The position numbers were made by a program, and so were the translations under genes. The notes beneath the pieces are model-generated. The model was given only the letters and a program-made list of their open reading frames with translations. It was not told the origin of the DNA and made no database searches. This document shows positions 63,056-64,000 of a DNA stretch of 64,000 nt, piece after piece. The stretch comes from Macrostomum lignano. Taxonomy: Eukaryota. Position 1 is the stretch's first letter. The number at the start of each line of letters is the position of its first letter. Location: assembly GCA_002269645.1 (NCBI GenBank), contig NIVC01002074.1:1-64000 (forward strand). Direction: 5' to 3'.

Positions 63056-63689
63056 ATGTAAATTTGATGGCGCATTTCATCGCATCAGTAGGCAAGATAC
63101 AGCGGTTCTTGTGGCATCCGAAATTTGACAGCAGCCTTAATTTAAAGAACTTCAAGAGCAGACAAAACTGCATTCAATACTAGCACTATAAATTAGAGAT
63201 GAAGCGCACTCAAGGCTCCGAGCACTCTGCGTGCATTACTATGAAGGCAATCGTATAGATTAGAATGGGCAGGCAGCCCAATTGGCCAAAAGTTAATTGA
63301 CCGTGGCACAGCGCGCTGACTCAACGGTCTATCAGCAGCAAAGTCGAATTTCCTGCAGACGTGAAAGGGTCGAAGAGAAAGGGGGCTGAGGAGAAGTCTG
63401 AAGTTGATCGCTTCATCAAGCCTGCCGCTGCTCTTCAATGCTCTTTTCTTTGCGCGCACCCTTTGACTGCGACTCGGTTCCTCGTAAATTGCCAAATTAT
63501 ACTCTCTGGCTTGAACTTTGCTCCGAAATTTTACTCGAACTCAATTTTCATTAGCCTGCAATTGCAACTCAATTCTCTTCTTCACTGCTGGAGAGACGAA
63601 AATTTAATTGAGAAAGTGAACGATTGAGAGGGGTTTGGTCTGCTGCCATCGTTGAGGCCGCAGGATTGAACCGCCCCCACACTGCCCGC

Positions 63690-64000
63690 CCAATCATTGC
63701 CTAATTCCCTCACTGCTCGTCCAATCATTGCCTAATTCCCTCACTGCCCTCCCAATCATTGCCTAATTCCCTCACTGCCCTCCCAATCATTGCCTAATTC
63801 CCTCACTGCCTTCCCAATCATTGCCTAATTCCCTCACTGCCTTCCCAATCATTGCCTAATTCCCTCACTGCCCTCCCAATCATTGCCTAATTCCCTCACT
63901 GGCCGTCCAATCATTGCCTAATTCCCTCACTGCCCTCCCAATCATTGCCTAATTCCCTCACTGGCCGTCCAATCATTGCCTAATTCCCTCACTGCCCTCC
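63690..64000. repeat. 31-bp minisatellite (ccaatcattgcctaattccctcactgccctc), truncated by window end
   Basis: Period 31 measured at 63782/63813. Confidence 0.95.

Overview
Eukaryotic, intron-rich genomic DNA in which most long introns and intergenic gaps hold their own minisatellite or microsatellite array. By inference only, the style resembles a repeat-rich invertebrate such as the flatworm Macrostomum. Four protein-coding loci could be reconstructed by hand with frame-consistent GT-AG splicing. (1) The 5' part of a signal-peptide, multi-EGF-repeat gene (minus strand, 11590 to 5091, continuing off the left edge). (2-3) A divergent head-to-head pair of paralogous vWA + alpha-kinase genes 2.1 kb apart: the minus-strand gene (21672 to 19925) keeps all MIDAS, catalytic and zinc-binding residues, while the plus-strand gene (23778 to 25626) is an intact ORF that has lost nearly all of them, making it a predicted pseudokinase. 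(4) A FARP-family FERM-FA-DH-PH-PH gene (plus strand, 30770 to beyond 62794) with a probable alternative donor that would give either a GEF-less or a full-length isoform. Also present are a DnaJ relic, an RNase H-bearing LINE relic, tRNA-derived SINE pieces and about 35 tandem arrays. The kinase/pseudokinase pair is the best candidate for an undescribed system. Repeat boundaries are approximate; exon boundaries were counted by hand; no database search was run.
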